A DNA stretch of 64,000 nucleotides. Origin: Candidatus Omnitrophota bacterium (GTDB taxonomy: Bacteria; Omnitrophota; Gorgyraeia; Zapsychrales; Fredricksoniimonadaceae). This document shows positions 62,252 through 64,000 of this stretch, one piece after another. Below the pieces are notes generated by a model. That model saw nothing but the letters and a program-made list of their open reading frames with translations. It was not told the origin of the DNA and did no database searches. The DNA lies in the NCBI GenBank assembly GCA_016201795.1, contig JACQCF010000020.1:5651-69650 (forward strand). The letters run 5' to 3'. The first letter of the stretch is position 1. Each line of letters begins with the position of its first letter. The position numbers were made by a program, and so were the translations under genes.

Positions 62252-64000
62252 TCTGCGTTCGGCCTGTTAAATCGCTAGCAGAGGTAAGCGGTTTAAAGTG
62301 TTGTAATCCCACCCCATCAAAAAAGAATAATTTCACCAAAAGTGAATTGGCCAAGCTTCTGTCCATTAAACGGGCCATCATTCGGCCGTCTTGAGAGTAT
62401 AAAACAACGGCATATTTTAAGTTAGCCTGCGGATTGGTTTTCTCGAGAATCTGTCCGTTATTAAGATAAACGACACTGGCCAGTATACCATGGCCGTAAA
62501 GAGGAGAGTTGATGGCTGCCTGCATGGTCGATGGATTGATGAAGAGATTTTCGTTAAAAAATAAAATTTTATCATTTTGAGCAAGCAATGCCAGGGGTGG
62601 ACTGTAATGGGTTTGGCCACCGGCTAAATCCCACAGGAAGTCAAGGTAGGCGGCGCTGTTGCGTGCGGGTACAGAAGCCAACAGCGACGGATTATCATTG
62701 AGCATTTCCATCCGCTGGATATTCCAGCGCCCCATGAAAGCCAGTCCTAAATTTTCATCCACCAGCTCATTGTACAAAAGCACATAGCTATGCGGGAATC
62801 CGCCGCGGATGAGCGCAAGCAGGGTTTGGACATCCTCGTCATTGTGAAAGACAGCTTGAAGCAACCCCCGCGCTTCCTGGTTAGTTTTGGAGGCTATCGT
62901 TGAAAGCAAAGCCACGGCCCGGGATGTTTTAAGACCTTTGGCTGTTAGAAAGTCCACCGCCTTATTGCCGCTTACATTGATCATACGCAGCAAACCCGCT
63001 GCCTGATCTTCATCGGTGCTTAAAAGAATATTAGCCATCCAATAGCCGGTGGCGCTTTCGTTTAAAGAGGCCCCGTCGAACATCACCCGTCGATGTGCGA
63101 TGGCTTTAATGAAATGTCCCGGCGGCCACCAGGTGTTGACAATACTGTCCGGGGGAGTTTTATTTTTGATATCCACCAGAGCTTTTTCCCAGGCGGAATT
63201 GAAAATGGGGGTTAAAACCACCCGTATGTTGTGCCCCGCATTGATCAAAACAAACAATGTCAGAAGAATAACGGCACCGGCGCCAAGCCAGGGGATTTTC
63301 CGTGATGACAGCCATTGAACAAGGGTTTCAAGACCCAGCGCTAGAAATAAAGACAGCCCGATCAAGGCAAAGATTACAAAACGCTCGGCGGAAATTGTTA
63401 AGAGGGCAGATATCGCAAAAAATAGGCTAAGAGCAAGGACTTTAAGAGTGTGATGGACGGGGCGATTTTTTAGTGCCTGATATATCGTATACAGAAAACT
63501 GATCATAGCCGCGGATAAGAAAAAAAGCCCTCCGCTATCGGATATAACATCTTGCATTGAAGATTTTTTAAGCTCACCGACTTCCATAAATAAATTCGGC
63601 CACAGGCTAAGTCCTTGAACGGTGAATTTTTGTAGTTGCTCTAACCCTTCTTTTAACAGGGGTAGAAAATCGTTGAAACCAAACAACAGACCGATACCTA
63701 AAATGGTTGTGCCGACGATAGCGGCCCCTAGAAGGGTATAGTAGCGTGCAGATAAGATATTTTTGTGTAGAAAAGAATAAACACCACCAGCCCCCAGAAT
63801 AACCAGGGCTGTGGCCAGCATAAAACCCCAGCCTGGCCAGATAGCGGCAAAGGCGGTAAGAACCAGAGCTAAGACAACAGCGTAACCCCAAAGATTCTCT
63901 CGATGAGAATCGCCGATCGCTTTCAACAGAACAGTCAAAACAAGAAGACAAAACAGAAGATTATAAGGATCCGTATCGTACCAGCCTAAAGAAGATCTTT
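62211..64000 (-). CDS. Large polytopic membrane protein (N-terminus beyond window; possibly GT-C-type glycosyltransferase-like)
   Basis: Reading frame stays open to the window edge, so the TTG at 63938 in the ORF track is not the real start. About 9 TM helices followed by a ~300-aa soluble domain. Function not assignable from sequence alone. Confidence 0.4.
   Translation of the reverse strand, partial: RSSLGWYDTDPYNLLFCLLVLTVLLKAIGDSHRENLWGYAVVLALVLTAFAAIWPGWGFMLATALVILGAGGVYSFLHKNILSARYYTLLGAAIVGTTILGIGLLFGFNDFLPLLKEGLEQLQKFTVQGLSLWPNLFMEVGELKKSSMQDVISDSGGLFFLSAAMISFLYTIYQALKNRPVHHTLKVLALSLFFAISALLTISAERFVIFALIGLSLFLALGLETLVQWLSSRKIPWLGAGAVILLTLFVLINAGHNIRVVLTPIFNSAWEKALVDIKNKTPPDSIVNTWWPPGHFIKAIAHRRVMFDGASLNESATGYWMANILLSTDEDQAAGLLRMINVSGNKAVDFLTAKGLKTSRAVALLSTIASKTNQEARGLLQAVFHNDEDVQTLLALIRGGFPHSYVLLYNELVDENLGLAFMGRWNIQRMEMLNDNPSLLASVPARNSAAYLDFLWDLAGGQTHYSPPLALLAQNDKILFFNENLFINPSTMQAAINSPLYGHGILASVVYLNNGQILEKTNPQANLKYAVVLYSQDGRMMARLMDRSLANSLLVKLFFFDGVGLQHFKPLTSASDLTGRTQIKVFELKGYSHLK

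Overview
This 64-kb window is densely coding and almost entirely on the + strand. It comes from an uncultivated-looking bacterium; a PVC/Omnitrophota-like lineage is only a guess from gene content and giant secreted proteins.

Gene content, left to right:
- 1–9.6 kb: housekeeping genes ribD (5'-truncated), ribE, DUF503, tRNA-Pro(CGG), acyP, ligA, a lipoprotein, xerD, a head-only CCA/poly(A) polymerase-like gene, rbfA, nrnA, truB, ribF.
- 9.8–14.3 kb: a 1491-aa signal-peptide protein whose C-terminal ~350 aa is an unmistakable class I fructose-bisphosphate aldolase domain.
- 14.4–30.4 kb: a dcw cell-wall/division cluster (mraZ-rsmH-ftsL-ftsI-murE-murF-mraY-murD-ftsW-murG-[HExxH protein]-murC-ddl-ftsQ-ftsA). 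It has a clear sigma70 promoter and MraZ-type direct repeats upstream. ftsZ and murB are not present in the cluster.
- 30.9 kb: tRNA-Arg(TCG) with a terminator.
- 31.1–36.2 kb: gcvT-gcvH-gcvPA-gcvPB plus a lipoate ligase-family gene.
- 36.3–38.4 kb: GT2, small membrane protein, GT2.
- 38.4–62.3 kb: one tightly packed co-directional super-cluster, described below.
- 62.2–64.0 kb: a partial polytopic membrane protein on the minus strand.

The 38.4–62.3 kb cluster is the main point of interest. It runs: PilP/GspC-like, secretin, TPR protein, two tandem secreted FGE/SUMF1-domain paralogs, an 868-aa protein with about 37 copies of a 13-residue N-W repeat, and an unknown anchored protein. Next comes a complete but non-canonical F-type ATPase gene set (alpha, short epsilon, c, a second c-like subunit, b/delta fusion, gamma, beta) with no a-subunit gene. 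It sits immediately upstream of gspE, gspF, gspG, minor pseudopilins, gspK, a gspL-like gene, a gspM-like gene and a TPR protein.

An F1Fo-like ATPase module embedded in a T2SS/T4P-like secretion cluster is, to my knowledge, not a described arrangement. It is the prime candidate for a novel system.
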